Shown in pieces: positions 1-12,458 of a stretch of DNA of 51,512 bases (positions within the stretch are counted from its first letter, which is position 1; the number at the start of each line of letters is the position of its first letter). Origin of the DNA: Prorocentrum cordatum (Eukaryota). The notes under the pieces were generated by a model that was not told the DNA's origin, did not search any database, and saw only the letters and a program-made list of their open reading frames with translations. A program made the position numbers and the translations under genes. Where the stretch lies: contig CAUYUJ010000026.1 of NCBI GenBank assembly GCA_963575745.1, positions 620,001 to 671,512 on the forward strand, read 5' to 3'.

Positions 1-2076
1 GGCCCGGCCTAATGGTAGACTGACTGCGCGAGATCTGCTGCACGCGGCCGGCTTCCGCACCGCCGCGCGGGGCAGCTCCCTTACCAGCGGCGCCTCTGGC
101 GCGGGGAGGCGCCTAGAGAACCAGCGGTCCGGATGCGGGGACGTGTTTTGTTGATCTCGGAGCGCCGGCGGGTAGATAAAAAGTGTCCAAACCCATCGCG
201 CCAAGGTGATACGACATCGAACTGCGTCGGACAAATTTCCACAGCCCCCGCCCCCCCAACCCAAAGTTGACGGGGTTGGATGCGAGGCAACGCGCGGGGG
301 ACAAGAGATGGACACTTCAATTTTGGGAGGGGGGCGAGCAACATGTATATTGCAATTGTCGTTGCCATCATGCCTGATTGTCTTCACGCCGTCGACGTGG
401 ATACTTCTTGTCCGGGCACTGGCGACACGCCCGCAAAATTGCCGCCGTGGGTCGAGGCCTCCTCCGCTCTTCGCTTCCTGCAGCTGGGCCCGGCAAAGCC
501 CTGGTTCGCGTTTGCAGCGTCCTGGTGTACGGGGCCCTGAGAGAGCCAGCTGCACGAGCTACTGAGTCGCCCCCCCCCCCGACCCCTTGCGGAGGAGGAG
601 GAGGAAGAGGAAGAAGAGGAGGAGGAGGAGGAGGGGGGGAGGAGGAGGAGGGGGATCGAGGAGGAGGAGGAGGAGGAGAAGGAGGAGGAGGAGGAGGAGG
701 AAGAGGAGAAGAGGAGGAGGAGGAGGAGCGAAACCGGTATTTTTGGGGCGCAGCAGCGCTTGATTGACCAAAGCCGTTCGACAGCTCGACTTGGGCGGCA
801 CGTTGTTGTTGTGGTATTGACACTGCGTATCGGCTACGCGCCCAGGCCCCCGACGTCAGGATCGCTTCACAACGCGGACCCCCAGATGCCTCGACGCATT
901 CACCGGGATCTTGTTGCCACCCAAGTCCTGACTCGTTCTTGGACGGTCCCGGGGCCCAGCGATGGCCCCCAGAGGCAGAAGTAGCAACACAAGACGTCCG
1001 TCTTGGTTTTTCGTTTTTCCGACGCGAGGAGGTCAGGGCCACACACGATGTTGATTTGCCCCCCCCCCACCTTTGCTAGACAGCCCCCACCCTCGTCCGG
1101 CCCCCGATCCTCCAGCGTCTTCGCCCCGCGCGCGCGGTGCCTCTCCGGCGGCACGCGCCGGGCCCCCGACCGGCGTCGATGCACGCCGAGTCGGGCCGAT
1201 GTGTCTCTGCCAGCGCACCGTCCGCCTACAGGCCCCGGGCGGGGACTCGGCTGCTCGTCAGAGGAGGAAAAGGATCGATATATAGACGTAAGAGTGACCT
1301 TTCGCCAGAGTGACCCTTGAAGCGGGCACAGATGGGCCCTCAGATGGCTGAAGACGAAGCGGTAGCAGCGGCTTGCGCGCCCAGGTTTGGTCTCTCCCCG
1401 CGGCGCCCAAAAAGCCGCGCACCAAAGGTCACTCTTACCCAGGGTCATTCTTGCGTGTAGCCGAAAGGACAGCGATACCGCTGCCCTTAAGTCGGGCATG
1501 TGCCTCTGCAGGAGGAATGTTCCAGAACAGTAAGAACTAGCGTGTTTCGAGTGCTCGTGCCCTCCCGACTATGTTTGCTACTTGTTGTTGATTTTTTGAT
1601 TGTGTCTTCCAAAGTCCGCCTGTAGGAGGACGGGCCCGATCCAACGCTACCCGGTCCTCGTCGCCACGGCTGGATTCGCCTCGAGATGCTGGCCAGAAGC
1701 TGGCTGCAACAGGTGGCGTGGCGCCCATTGCCGCCTGCTCCTCCTTCCGCCTCCGCCTCCGCCTCGCCCCTCTTCCCTTATTCCTTCCTCCTCCCTTATC
1801 CTGACTCCTGACTCCCTCTTCTCCTGCTCCTGTTCCTCCCTCTTCCTTCCACCTCAGCCTTAGCCTCCTCCCCCCCACCTCCTCCTCTCTCCAGTCTGCT
1901 ATTCTTCCTCCTCCTCGTCCCTCCGTTGCCGCCTCGGAGGGGGCGCGAATCACCTCTGCCTCCACTCTCCTCCTTCTCCAGCTCGTCCTCCTCTTCCTCC
2001 TTCTTCTTCCTCGGATTCAGACTACGATCCACCTCGGGTGTTCCGTGCCCCATTTCACCTCTCCTAGCCTCTCAGC

Positions 2077-2480
2077 ATGATCTCCTGGAACGTCAGCTCG
2101 ACGTTTGGTTCTCAAGTCTCGTCTCAAGAAATCTACCGCCGCAACATTGCCCGTCTTTGGTACCTGATGCAACATTATTTGGTTATCTGCCTTCAAGAGA
2201 TGAGTGGATCAACATCTCTGCTTGACGCTTTCTTGTCCGAGATCGCTGATGCCTGGGGCATCGGCTCCTTCTGCACTTATCCTCACCAAGGTGGTTGCGT
2301 CATTTTGGTAGACCTTTTCTTTGGGAAAATGGGCTCCCGCATCACCACCACGTGCCTGTAGTGCGGGAGCGAATGCATATGCTCACACTTCTCAGCGACA
2401 CGTCCTGTTCACACCCTGTCACTATCCACAGCGATCCTGGGCTTCCAATCCACCAGCGTGCCCATGAGAGTTGGGGTGAC
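2077..2480 (+). pseudogene. Apurinic-endonuclease-like (EEP) N-terminus of a decayed non-LTR retrotransposon ORF2
   Basis: ORF 2077..2361 begins MISWNV and contains VICLQE and GGCVILV, matching the xSWNV...CLQE...GGVAIL motifs of LINE endonucleases. It is truncated by a stop and followed by unrelated repeats at ~2490. Confidence 0.65.
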
Positions 2481-2599
2481 CAGGGAAGTATCTGAGCAAG
2501 ATAAGGGGGCAGCCGTTATCTGTCGGATGAGGAGGTGGGTGGAGGAGTAAATGTAAGACGAGGGGGACATCGAAGGATGATACATAGGAAAATGAGAAG

Positions 2600-3655
2600 C
2601 AGTAGCAGGAGGGGCGAGCAGAAGGCCAGAGACCTCTTGGATGCACGGGGGCTTCGGGGGCTTCCTTGGAGGCCTCTTGGGCCGTCTTGGATGCCTCTTG
2701 CCGGTCTCGGGGGCCCCTTGGGCCCCTTTGCGGCGTCTTGGGTGCCGTTGAAGGGAGCCTCTTGAGGCTTACTGGGCTCTTTGGGCCGTTTAGGCACCTC
2801 TTGGGGGCCTCTTGGGGGCTTCTTGGGGCTCTTTCACACTCCCTGGAGGCCCTCTCGAGGCTATCTGATAGGACATCGATCAAAGAAGAGGGAGGTCCTT
2901 ACTTAGCGGCGCCCCTTCTAGAGCCTCTAAAATCGCCCTTAGGGCCTTCTTGGAGCGCTCTTGGAACGCTCTTAAGCGCTCTTGGGGCAGTCCTGGGGCC
3001 CTTTGGGGCCTCTGTTGGTGCTCGCGGGCCATCTTGGAGCCATTTTGAGGCTTCGGAAGGCCAGCCGAAGCGAAAAGGCGAGAACGCACAAACCATGAAT
3101 TTCCATTCTGGGTTTTGGAAGGACTTTGACCTCTTGTGGGCTCCCTTGGGGGTGCTCCGAGGCCACTTGGAGCCGCCTTGAGGCGGTCTTGGAGCCTCTA
3201 GGAGCATCTTGGAAGCCATCTTGAGCAATATTGATCAGGAGGGAAAAAACACAGACACAATGAATCGTCGACTCCCAGGAAATACAGGAAAATACAGGAA
3301 GTGGGGGGGAGGACGAAAATCCAGAAAATATGAAAAAAAAAAAAAAAAAAAAAAAAATGGGGAATCCTGTTATTCGTGTCTATTTATTTGTGTGTCCCAG
3401 GGCCCCTTCAATTGAAACATCTTGAGCTGTCTTGGAGGCCATCTTGGGCTCTCTGTGGCCCTCTTTGAGCCATCATGTGCAATTCTGGACGCTCCAAACG
3501 GCCGCGGGGCGCCCCGTCCAGGTCCGGGGGGGTAGCGGGAGGGGTAGCCCCCTCCCTGAAGGGGAAGAAGGGAACATAGACGAGAACACGTCCTAAACCA
3601 CTCACGCCCAGAGGGCTGGTGGGATGTCGGGCATGCGGGCTCCCGCCCATTTTTA
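2600..3655. repeat. CCAAGA/TCTTGG-rich dispersed repeat copies (reverse orientation) interrupting the LINE
   Basis: Dense ggcc(g/a)tcttgg / gcctcttgg motifs, the reverse complement of the gcccaaga-rich repeats at 17.6-24.4 kb and in the same orientation as the copy at 29.6-29.9 kb. It lies between the LINE endonuclease and RT parts. Confidence 0.6.
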
Positions 3656-3659
3656 TGGG

Positions 3660-6170
3660 AGACTTCAATTCTGTGGAGCTGATTGAAGGACGCCTTCACA
3701 TGGCCGGAGCGCTTACGCTCCCCTCCAACACGTTGTGCTCCTCCTTCCAGTCATAGCTCCTCGCGCTCGCGGAGGTGGAGCAGGTGCAGAGCACTCCCAG
3801 GGCCACGCGCGACGCACGCCGCGGGAAGACGGCGGTGCCCGGCTTCTGTGGGAGACCCCACACGTCGGCTTGATCGCCCAGACACCTCCCTGTCCACGGT
3901 CGAGCTGCTCAACCTTTGCCCGCGATCTTGCGGTACTGGATCGCCCGCTGATCTCAGCAAGCCTCTTGACCATGTCCCCGGTTTCCTGGGCCTCCGGCGG
4001 AGCTCTCGACCCAGGCGGCCCATCCTCCGCAGGTGGATCACGTCGGGTCCTCACTTTGCCACGCACGTCCAAGAGCTCATGGACGGCGCTGGGCCCTTTA
4101 GCGCAGACCCTTTCAGCGCCATTGATGACAGCCGCGATTGTCTCCGCGCGGCCGCCAGGAATCTGAAGGCAGACACAGAGCGGACTGGTGCCCGTTCTGT
4201 TGGGGAAGAGGTCTCATGGTGCTTGGTTGCCCCCCGCGCCTCGCACACGGTCCGATCCCGAGGCTTTCCGCCACCACCTGAACCAGCTCAAGATCACCGA
4301 ATTAGATGACTGCATCATCACCCTCGGAGCCGATGAGCAACTACTTGACCACATCAAGCAATCCAAGGATAACCATCTGGAAGGTAACACAGTGACCCGC
4401 ACTCCCTGTCAGACACGGTCCCTCACCCTGTCGAACACCGCGCAAAAACATAAAATGGTGGCCACATGTAAGCCGCTGGTTGCGGTCTGCGAGCAGGCTT
4501 GAGTTAGCAACCAACGAGGATTGATTAGGAACCTTTCATTGTTCAACAACATGTATGACATCGAGGCTAAGGCCATCCATTGCATCTGCCAGTGCAACTA
4601 CAAGCGCACTGGCATTCTCCTCTACGACCTTCAGACGGCTTTCCCCAGCCTCCTCCACCACGCGTTCTTGTGGGTCCTCTCGGAGACTCAGGCGCCCTCA
4701 TTCGCGATTGGTGCCCCCAGGATCCTTTACAACGAAGCATGGGTTGAGGTCTGTTTCTACGGGTGCGAAGGCGGCTGGTTCCTTTGTGCTCGGGCGTTAA
4801 GCAAGGATGCTCTGGCTCTGGTCGCCTCTTTGCATTGGCCCTCGATCCGATGAGTCGGTTTTAATTTCGCGTGTTTACCTTTCTGCCTTGAACATTTTGG
4901 GCTGCTTCGCCGGCAATGTTGCCAACGCCACAGGCGACCTCCCTGAGTCGTTCGCTATCTCGTTTCGGTTTTTGGCAGCTTGCTGAGCGCTCTCACGGAA
5001 CAGCCCTTTACACAACTATTATGGTTATATTCGACGACGGTTGCTCCGAAGAGCAGTTCTGGGCTCATCTGGCCATTTGGGGGTTCGCGAAGTTTGCAGG
5101 CCAAGTGGGATCGTCTGAGCGTTTCCAGGGTGGTATTGGACCCCAGGGTGCTGAGGCAACGTGAAAGGCTCCCACCACCAAGTTTGTCATGCGGGCTCGC
5201 TTGACGAGGTCTCTGGACCTCTGCACGGCCAAGACCAGAGCCCAGTATAACGAGATGACATGTCTATTTCTTTTTTTGTGACAGTGTTGCATGGCCCCGA
5301 AGTGCACGATAGCGGCGGAACGGGAAACTGTCATGTCTTTGGTTCGTGGCCACTGGAACTCCATGCCCGCCTCGATGATTCAAGGCCTGATGGTCTTGTA
5401 CTTCCCTGTTGGAAACATGTGATGTACAAGACTTCTGCCTTGCAGCTAGTGCACTTCGATGCCGCGTTATCCCTTCTTGGGAGTTTTGGGGGCGTGGGCC
5501 AACTGGATCCCAATGACGACCGTGTTGTCAGATGGTTTGGCCCTCGGCGGTGGCAGACATGCTTGATTAAGCAGTCTTGGGACAGTTGCTGTACGAAGGT
5601 AATCCCGGCTAGACCCGACTGGGCCTTCCAGCTTCAACGCCATGTTGGTTAGCAAACGTCATGGCCAAGTCTTCGACGGATGCCTTCAGGTCTTGCCGAG
5701 GCGCCTGCGCAAGTACAGGCTTGTCTTGGTCGCATGCCGCGTGGGCTCCTCCCCCGTCTGACCGGCTTGCCCCCCTCCTCTCTGCCTGCTTCCTCTAGTT
5801 CCATCTCTTGGTGCATTGCATGGTGCACGAGTGCTCGGTTTCGCATGCCCACGAGAGCGTTCATCGCATGCGGCTGTGATTCGACGCTTCACATGCCCGA
5901 TTGCCCTGTGTTCGATGGCCGTAGGCTTGCCCTTTCCCTGCTCCCTTCCTCCTCCTCCAGGGCTGGTAGGGTTTCTCGTCTCTGCCTCTGGGAACCCGCC
6001 CGCCGTTCGAACGAAGCCCTGATTCCCTGTGCCTTGTACATTGGCTTTGCTTTGAGCGCTCACCACAAGTTGCGTGCGGTAAGCCCCACTCGCAGCCTGA
6101 TCCTGGCCGCTGCTACCGCCAGAGGGCAACAGCTTCCTAGACGAAATGACCAGCTCAGTGTCGTAAGGGG
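3660..6170 (+). mobile_element. Degenerate non-LTR (LINE) retrotransposon: RT domain plus C-terminal Cys/His region
   Basis: Frameshifted fragments read TRSLTLSNTAQK (~4410), NQRGLIRN...NNMYDIE and LLYDLQTAFPSLLH (ORF 4521), GVKQGCSGSGRLFALALDP (from 4793), FAGN in place of YADD (~4905) and WCTSARF..CGCDSTLH..CP (ORF 5680). There are multiple stops and frameshifts. Confidence 0.8.
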
Positions 6171-9100
6171 CATAGGACCACATTTCTCAATCAGTGTTTG
6201 CACTGAAGGGGTCCTAGCAGAAATTGAAAGAGTTGGCGAAAGTGTCCCGCCGATTTTGGTGGCCGGCTGGGTTCCTGGGTTCCCAGTTCCAGGTTCCTGG
6301 TTTCTTGGTTATTGGTTCCGTGCCGATTTCGGTGGGTTGCCGGTTCCGGGGATCCCGGTCGATCTCTTTATCGATCAAACCATCCACTGATTGGGGTTGT
6401 TTTCTGGTGTAATATATGAATGCGAGGAACGTGGTGTGATTCCAAAGCGAGCGTGACCGCTCGTGCCGGCGAAGGCCAGAGCGCATCCGACATAGCGTGG
6501 CCTGGCTAACCAAGGCCTGGCAACACATGCAGCACGCCTGCGTCCACCTAGGATCGGCCGGCAAACGCAGACATGGATTTTCGCTTGCCTGTGCTGAAGT
6601 GCGTGTGTCAGAATAGACTGTGATGACGTGGTGGTGGGTGGGAACGTCCTTCTCTCTCCATGCTTGTGACTGATGGCTCGCCTCTGTCCCTCCCTCTCCA
6701 GGCGAGTCTACCCCGCTTTCTCCCCCCCCTCCATCCTGCCTCATCGTCGTCATCCTCCCCGCTTCACTCTTTCCGGCCAAGGGGTCGGGCTGGGCACCTG
6801 TTTGTGGGGGGGTTCTCGAGGTGGTGCTGGTTGACGACCACAGCCAGCTGGACGAGCTGTCCCTGCTGCCGGAGCATCTGGAACGACTCCAGAGGCCCCC
6901 CCACCTGTCGTACTCCTCCTACTCTTCGCTCTCCGATCCGCACTACACCTCGCCCTGAGAGCGGGGACGGGGAGAACGATGTGGAGGAATGGCAGAAATG
7001 AGGAGGGTCAGGAGGAAAAGGAGGAAGAGGAGGGCGAATATGAGGAGGAAGAGGGGGAGGAGGATGAGAAGACACAGGGGGATAAGAGGGCAGAAGAGGA
7101 GAGGAGCAGGAGGAGGGTGAGGAGGAGCAGGGGCACAAAGCCGAGGAGGAGGAGGAGGAAGAGGGGGAGAAGGAGCAGGTTGAGGAAGAAGAGGATAAAG
7201 AGGAGGCGGAGGAGGATGAGGAGCAGGACGAAGAGCAGGTTAATAAGGAGCAGGAGGATGAGGAGAGTAGACGAGGCTTAGGAGGAGGATAAGGAGACAG
7301 AAGGGGAGGAAGAGCAGGAAGAGGAGGAGGAGGAGAAGGAGGAGGAGGATTAGAAAGAGGAGGAGGAGGAGGGCGAGGAGGAGGAGGAGGAGGAGGAGAA
7401 GGAGGAGGAGGAGGAGGAGGATAGGGGGAGGAGCAGCAGGAGGATGAGGAGGAGGACCCTTCCACTTCCCCCAAGCCTGGGAACGCTGATGCCGGGGCTC
7501 GGGCCTGTTCCTCGTGGCCCCGACAAGGCAACTGCCCCCGGAGAAGGTCCGGCTGGTCCGCAGGAGCATCCACAACGGCATCGTTGGAGCGAGGAGCCGA
7601 CCGTGCGGCGTCCTTACCTCGGGAGGTGTCGTTGGTCCTGAAGGGTCTTCTGCTTCGGGATGCGCTCCGGCAGCTGAGCCTCGCCAATTTCGTTCCGGGG
7701 ATGCCCAGGCCGTCCCGAGTGGCCTCAGGAGCCCCGAGTTGTGGCCCGCAAGCCCAGGTCAGGCTCTTGGCGATCCGATGGATCCGCTCCGCTATCGACT
7801 CGGGGCGGCTCGCTCCGACTCTGCTACAATATTCTGGCGATCTTTCGCGGCCCGATGCTTGCATGACGCCGTCGTGCATCGTGGCGTAGCCAATCCGATT
7901 CGGTTTCGACCCCATGCCGACGCGACTCGATTCGACAGACACTTCGATTCGCTGCCACACGACGCGGCGTCCCAGCTCGATGCGGCTGATACTGCCATGC
8001 AGACGTCCATCTGGAACAGACAACGGCACACATGTTGTTCGTAGTGCTCGGCATTCTGGTGGGCCAGCTTCGGACTCCAGGGCCGTCGAGGAGCGGCTCG
8101 GGGCGAGAAGGCGGCCATGGGGAACGGGTCGGTACTTGTGGGTATCAGGTGTACCCGGCGTACCAAAACATGGAGAATTGTAGTGGCCGTTGGTCAGTGC
8201 CCTGGCTTGCCCATAGGCCCACCCAAGAATGTTCTAAGGACCTTGTGTGGTCTTCATACCATGTTCTTCGACCATGTCTGGCGGAGACTGCCTGGTTGAG
8301 ACAGCTACATAGGGCGTAGTTTGTGAGAGCATTGATTTGTTTTTCCGAACTTTTTGTTTGTAAGAAGATTTCGTGGCTGGCCTACAGGGATACCGGGACG
8401 GTCGGTCTCTGCTCATTTCTGGGGATCGCGTTGCTGAAGGAAGCCCGGACATGGATCTCGGGGCGTCGCCGCCATCGTTTCGGAGCTGTTCGTGGCGTTC
8501 TTCCCGGGGGTTCTCTTCGCCACGGCCGGGCGCAGCCGAGAGCCTCGGACCCCGGGAGCGCCGGGCAGGGCTTGGGCGGATCGCCCGGGCGCGCGGCCGG
8601 CTCGCGCCGCGGCGACGCGGGGAGGGGGGGGCCCTGGGGCCGGCGGCCAGGGTCGAGCGCCGCCGGAGGCCTGCGAGCCGGCCGACGCGGAACGATCGAT
8701 GATCCTCCGGACGTGTGTTAGCCTTGAGTCGGGCCTGTCCCTGTATACAGGGGAAAGATTCTGAAATAGTTTAAAATAGTCTGGGGATTATTTTTTACCA
8801 TGTTTAAGCATTTTTATTGTATTTTGTTTTTTTATTTTCCGTTCAAAATCGGCCTGCAGGGGGACAGGCCCGACTTAATGTTAGCCCGATGTTCGTACAC
8901 CACCTTGCAGCCCAACCAGTAGATCATTACATCGCCTGCGTCGTATCGAAGGGCCTCAAATGGACAACACGCACGTTGGGGCCGAGGCACGTTCTGAGGA
9001 GCATCGAAACGAGCAGCTCACTCTGCATGCCGCGATCGGGCAAGGCGGAGCGAGGCACGCGGTGTCAGAAATCCGGCGCCCACGCCGTCGCGGCACGAGC

Positions 9101-9288
9101 CTGCAGCGGGGGTGTCGGCCCCGGAGAGGCGCGTCCCGAGGGCCTCCCGCGGGGCCCTCTTCCCAGGCACCGGGGGGGCGTCCGAAGACGGCTCGGGACG
9201 GAAGGCGGGCGCCAGGGGCAGCCCCGAGGTCGAGGGCCCGCCTCGTTGACTGAGATCGGCGGCGGGCGCGGGGGGAAGCAAAAAGGAA

Positions 9289-9455
9289 AAGAGGCCTTCT
9301 CAGAAGGCGGCCGGGCATCCCAGAGGCCCTCCGGCCTCCTGAGCAGTTGGCTGTGTTTTCGGGGAAGGCTTATGCGCTTATGCGTGGAGGCTCAGAGAAT
9401 CTCTCAGAAGGCCGGGGGACTTGCGAGCCTTCTGAGGAGGCCCGCTTCTTCTCAC
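9289..9455. repeat. Small inverted-repeat element of the GCCTTCTCAGAAGGC family (MITE-like)
   Basis: ggccttctcagaaggc near the left end and gccttctgaggaggcc...ttctca at the right end. Related copies at ~27784-27938 and ~28190-28311. Confidence 0.55.
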
Positions 9456-9845
9456 CTCCTCCATGGGGACGCCGGGGCTGAACAAACTGACGCTTTCAGT
9501 TTGTGAGGACCCTTGCCTTTTAGTAAATGTCTTTCGGATTTGGCTTTCATCATGACTTCGAGCTTTGTGAAAGCCATGAATAATGTTCTAGCACCGTTTC
9601 GAGACTTGGTCGCGCCGCTCTTACATTATTACATGCTTCTCTCGAGGAACGCCGGCGCCAAAGAGGCCAGGTACCCCATCCTGGTCATATTGGACTCCCA
9701 CGCGCAGGTCGAGGGCTGACCTCCCGCTGCAGTGGATAGCCTCTCCCCCGTTGTCATGTCCCCTGGCCTCTGGTCCCCTCCCATTTCTTTGCTGCAAGAT
9801 TGGTGGGAACAGGAAGGGACAATGGGGCAGGAGGAGGATGGGGAT

Positions 9846-9875
9846 GCTGATGATGATGATGACGATGATGCTGCT

Positions 9876-9965
<90 letters not shown>
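9846..9965. repeat. (GAT)n microsatellite, left flank of the YR retrotransposon
   Basis: Direct reading: a long gatgatgat run interrupted by (gct)n. Confidence 0.95.
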
Positions 9966-9966
<1 letters not shown>

Positions 9967-10058
9967 GCCGTGTCTTGCACCTCTCATCTCAGGTGTAACC
10001 GAGGGCCGTCGTGGTCGCGCCGATGCGCCGCAACCGCGTCGGCTCACGCCTTTTTCTG
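9963..10058 (+). repeat. Split direct repeat A1
   Basis: gatggccgtgtcttgcacctctcat(c/t)tcaggtgtaaccgagggccgtcg...gccgca.ccgcgtcggctc..ttttct recurs at 16264-16359. Confidence 0.9.
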
Positions 10059-10342
10059 GAGGGTGAGGCCCTCGCCTGGATGCGCCTCAGTGGCACCGGG
10101 CTCGGCCTCCCGCTCGCGAGCAACGGTATCCTGCTGCTCCTGGCTTGCTGGTGGCTGCTGCCGTTGGCGCCTGCGGCCCCCGAGGCGCCCGCGGCGCCTC
10201 CGCAAGTGTCCGCCCCGCTCCCGCTGTTCGAGGCGGGCCCGTTCTCGGCGCCGGGTGAGGCCGCCGGGGTCCAGGTGCCGGTGGCTGACTGCCTGGCGGC
10301 CGCCTTGGACGCGAGGGAGGCGGGCCGCGCCTTTCCCTCGTT

Positions 10343-11872
10343 TTGCCCGCCTTGCCCGTCGTGCGAGGCAGGGAGCGGGCAGCGTGCCCCCCCAGCCTGG
10401 GAGGCGGCGCTCTGCGGCCTGCTCCTCCTGGCCTCCGAGCTCGTGCGCTGGGGGCTCTCGCTGGTCTCCGCGGCGGCCCGCTGCTCGTGCCGGGGCCGCG
10501 CCGCGCGGCCCGCCCTCGGGGGCGACCCCTGCTCGACCGCGCAGCAGGCTGTGTGGGTCGAGTCACCTGGTCGTCGCGCTCGTCGAGTTGGTGGCTTGGG
10601 CCGCTTTTCATGATCTCAGTTGGCGATGAGATGTGTGTGTGTGTGTGTGTGCACAGGGTGGAATACGACGAGCCGCCGCCCCGCCTGGCGCACAAGCGTA
10701 TTGTCGTGGGTGTCTCGTCTCGGGTGCTGGATCACCACGCGGTGCTCACTCCAGACTTCGACGTCTACATCGAGGAGTGCGACGCCGCGAACACGGACAT
10801 CCGCAACTGGTGGAGGGAGTGGGGCCCCGGCGTTGCGCCACGCGGCGGCGTCATCCCAGCGGGGATCCGACGGTGTGACTTCGCCGCGAGGCCTACGCTC
10901 TGGGTGCCGCGCGGCTCGTGGAACGGGACCAGGCCGCTGGCGGCAATTGGGCCTGCTGCTGCCGCTGCTCCTGGCCCTGGTGGAGGCGGTGGGGCGCTCG
11001 CAGTGGTCCCAGCTGGTGGCGGCGCAGGGCCGTTGGGAGTGGGAGGCGGCCTCGCCGCAGGTGCTCCCGCCGCTGCGCCTGGAGCCGCTGCCGTGGCGCC
11101 CGCTCCCGCCGTCCCCGCAGGCGGTGCGCCTGCGCCCGCCGCTGCTGGCGGGTTTGCCGGGCTTGCTGCGCAGGCGGGTGGAACTCCTGGTGCTGGACCT
11201 GACGGCGCGCCCCCCGCGGCCGTCCCAGCCCCGCCCCGTGCTGGAGGTGTCGGCGCTGGCGACCTCCGCGCGCTCGCCACCGCGCACGACGGACAACGGC
11301 AGCGGCACAGGGAGTATCGGGGCAGTGTGCAGTTCATGCGTCCTACGTCTTTCCCCGTCTGGCCAATGCCAGGACCATGCACTCACCATTTGGTCGCGAC
11401 TTACCAGGTGGAGAACGGTGGATGGCCCATGGGGCACCATCTCGCCAGGAAGGCTGCTCTCGGCCCGGCGGTGCCGCCAGACGACCTGATCGTGTCGATG
11501 CACCGCGGGTTCTCGAAGACGATGCAAGTGGCTCAGTCATATGACCAAGTTGGCGGCTCGAATCTTGCCTCGATGGAGCTCGTGGCCAGGCGGCGCCAGC
11601 TTTGCGAGGAAAGGTACAAGGACAAGCTGGTCTGCTCGCGAGCTCTCGGCAGTGGAGGCGACGAGCAGTTCTCCTTTACGGGGGCGCAGTCTACTCGCGG
11701 GCTCATGGTCGAGCCTGCCGTGGCCGAGTGGATCTCCAAGCAGCTGGCTGCCGAATCGGCCATCGCGAAGGAGCGCCGCAAGGCGCGCGAGGAGCGGCAG
11801 CTGCTCCACCAGCCCACTGGCGGCCGCGGCGGTGGACAGGGCGGCGGCGCGGGCAAGGATGGTAAGTCATAG
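10343..11872 (+). CDS. gag-like ORF of the YR retrotransposon (true start uncertain, probably nearer 10610)
   Basis: 509-aa open frame directly upstream of pol. It has ordered segments (VLTPDFDVYIE, WPMPGPCT, YDQVGGSNLASMELVARRRQLCEE, AIAKERRKAREER) separated by an Ala/Gly/Pro linker. Called mainly on position. Confidence 0.6.
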   Translation: MPALPVVRGRERAACPPSLGGGALRPAPPGLRARALGALAGLRGGPLLVPGPRRAARPRGRPLLDRAAGCVGRVTWSSRSSSWWLGPLFMISVGDEMCVCVCVHRVEYDEPPPRLAHKRIVVGVSSRVLDHHAVLTPDFDVYIEECDAANTDIRNWWREWGPGVAPRGGVIPAGIRRCDFAARPTLWVPRGSWNGTRPLAAIGPAAAAAPGPGGGGGALAVVPAGGGAGPLGVGGGLAAGAPAAAPGAAAVAPAPAVPAGGAPAPAAAGGFAGLAAQAGGTPGAGPDGAPPAAVPAPPRAGGVGAGDLRALATAHDGQRQRHREYRGSVQFMRPTSFPVWPMPGPCTHHLVATYQVENGGWPMGHHLARKAALGPAVPPDDLIVSMHRGFSKTMQVAQSYDQVGGSNLASMELVARRRQLCEERYKDKLVCSRALGSGGDEQFSFTGAQSTRGLMVEPAVAEWISKQLAAESAIAKERRKAREERQLLHQPTGGRGGGQGGGAGKDGKS

Positions 11873-11994
11873 CCCGCGTCGCTAACGGTGCTCGCAGCGG
11901 CCGCCAGGACCTTGGCCATCCTGGAGGGCCCCCCTCTGGCCCTTCGCACTTGACGTCGTGGTTCCCTCGTCATGGCCGTCAGTCGTCAGCGAAA

Positions 11995-12084
<90 letters not shown>

Positions 12085-12458
12085 TCTCCCGCTTCTTCTC
12101 CATGGCGATCCCCGCCGCGCTGCTGGCGGCGCCGCCGCGCGGGTTCGCATGGACTGGGCCAACGACGGCATCAAGGCGCTCAACTGGCATGGGGGGGACG
12201 CTCGCCTCCGACTCAGAAGCGACCGACGGTTTTGCAGCAGCGATCGCTCGACTACACCGCTGCTCAGCATGTCATGTTCGGCGGCCCGCCCCCTGACATC
12301 TCCCGCGTGCACGCTCTCTCCGACATCTGCTTCAGTTGCCCACTCTATGCCGCTGGGCGTGGCGACGTGGTCTCCTTCGGCGAGGACCTGGTGTCCTGGC
12401 CTCCTGGCGGCTCTGCGCCTGTGGCGCTTCATGACGCACTGCTGGAGGCTGACCGTTT

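Noticed and set aside
6764..8300. 421-aa minus-strand ORF and overlapping plus-strand ORFs
   Set aside because: Dominated by a GGA-rich tract. The flanks may be decayed coding or TE sequence, but I could not recognise any motif.
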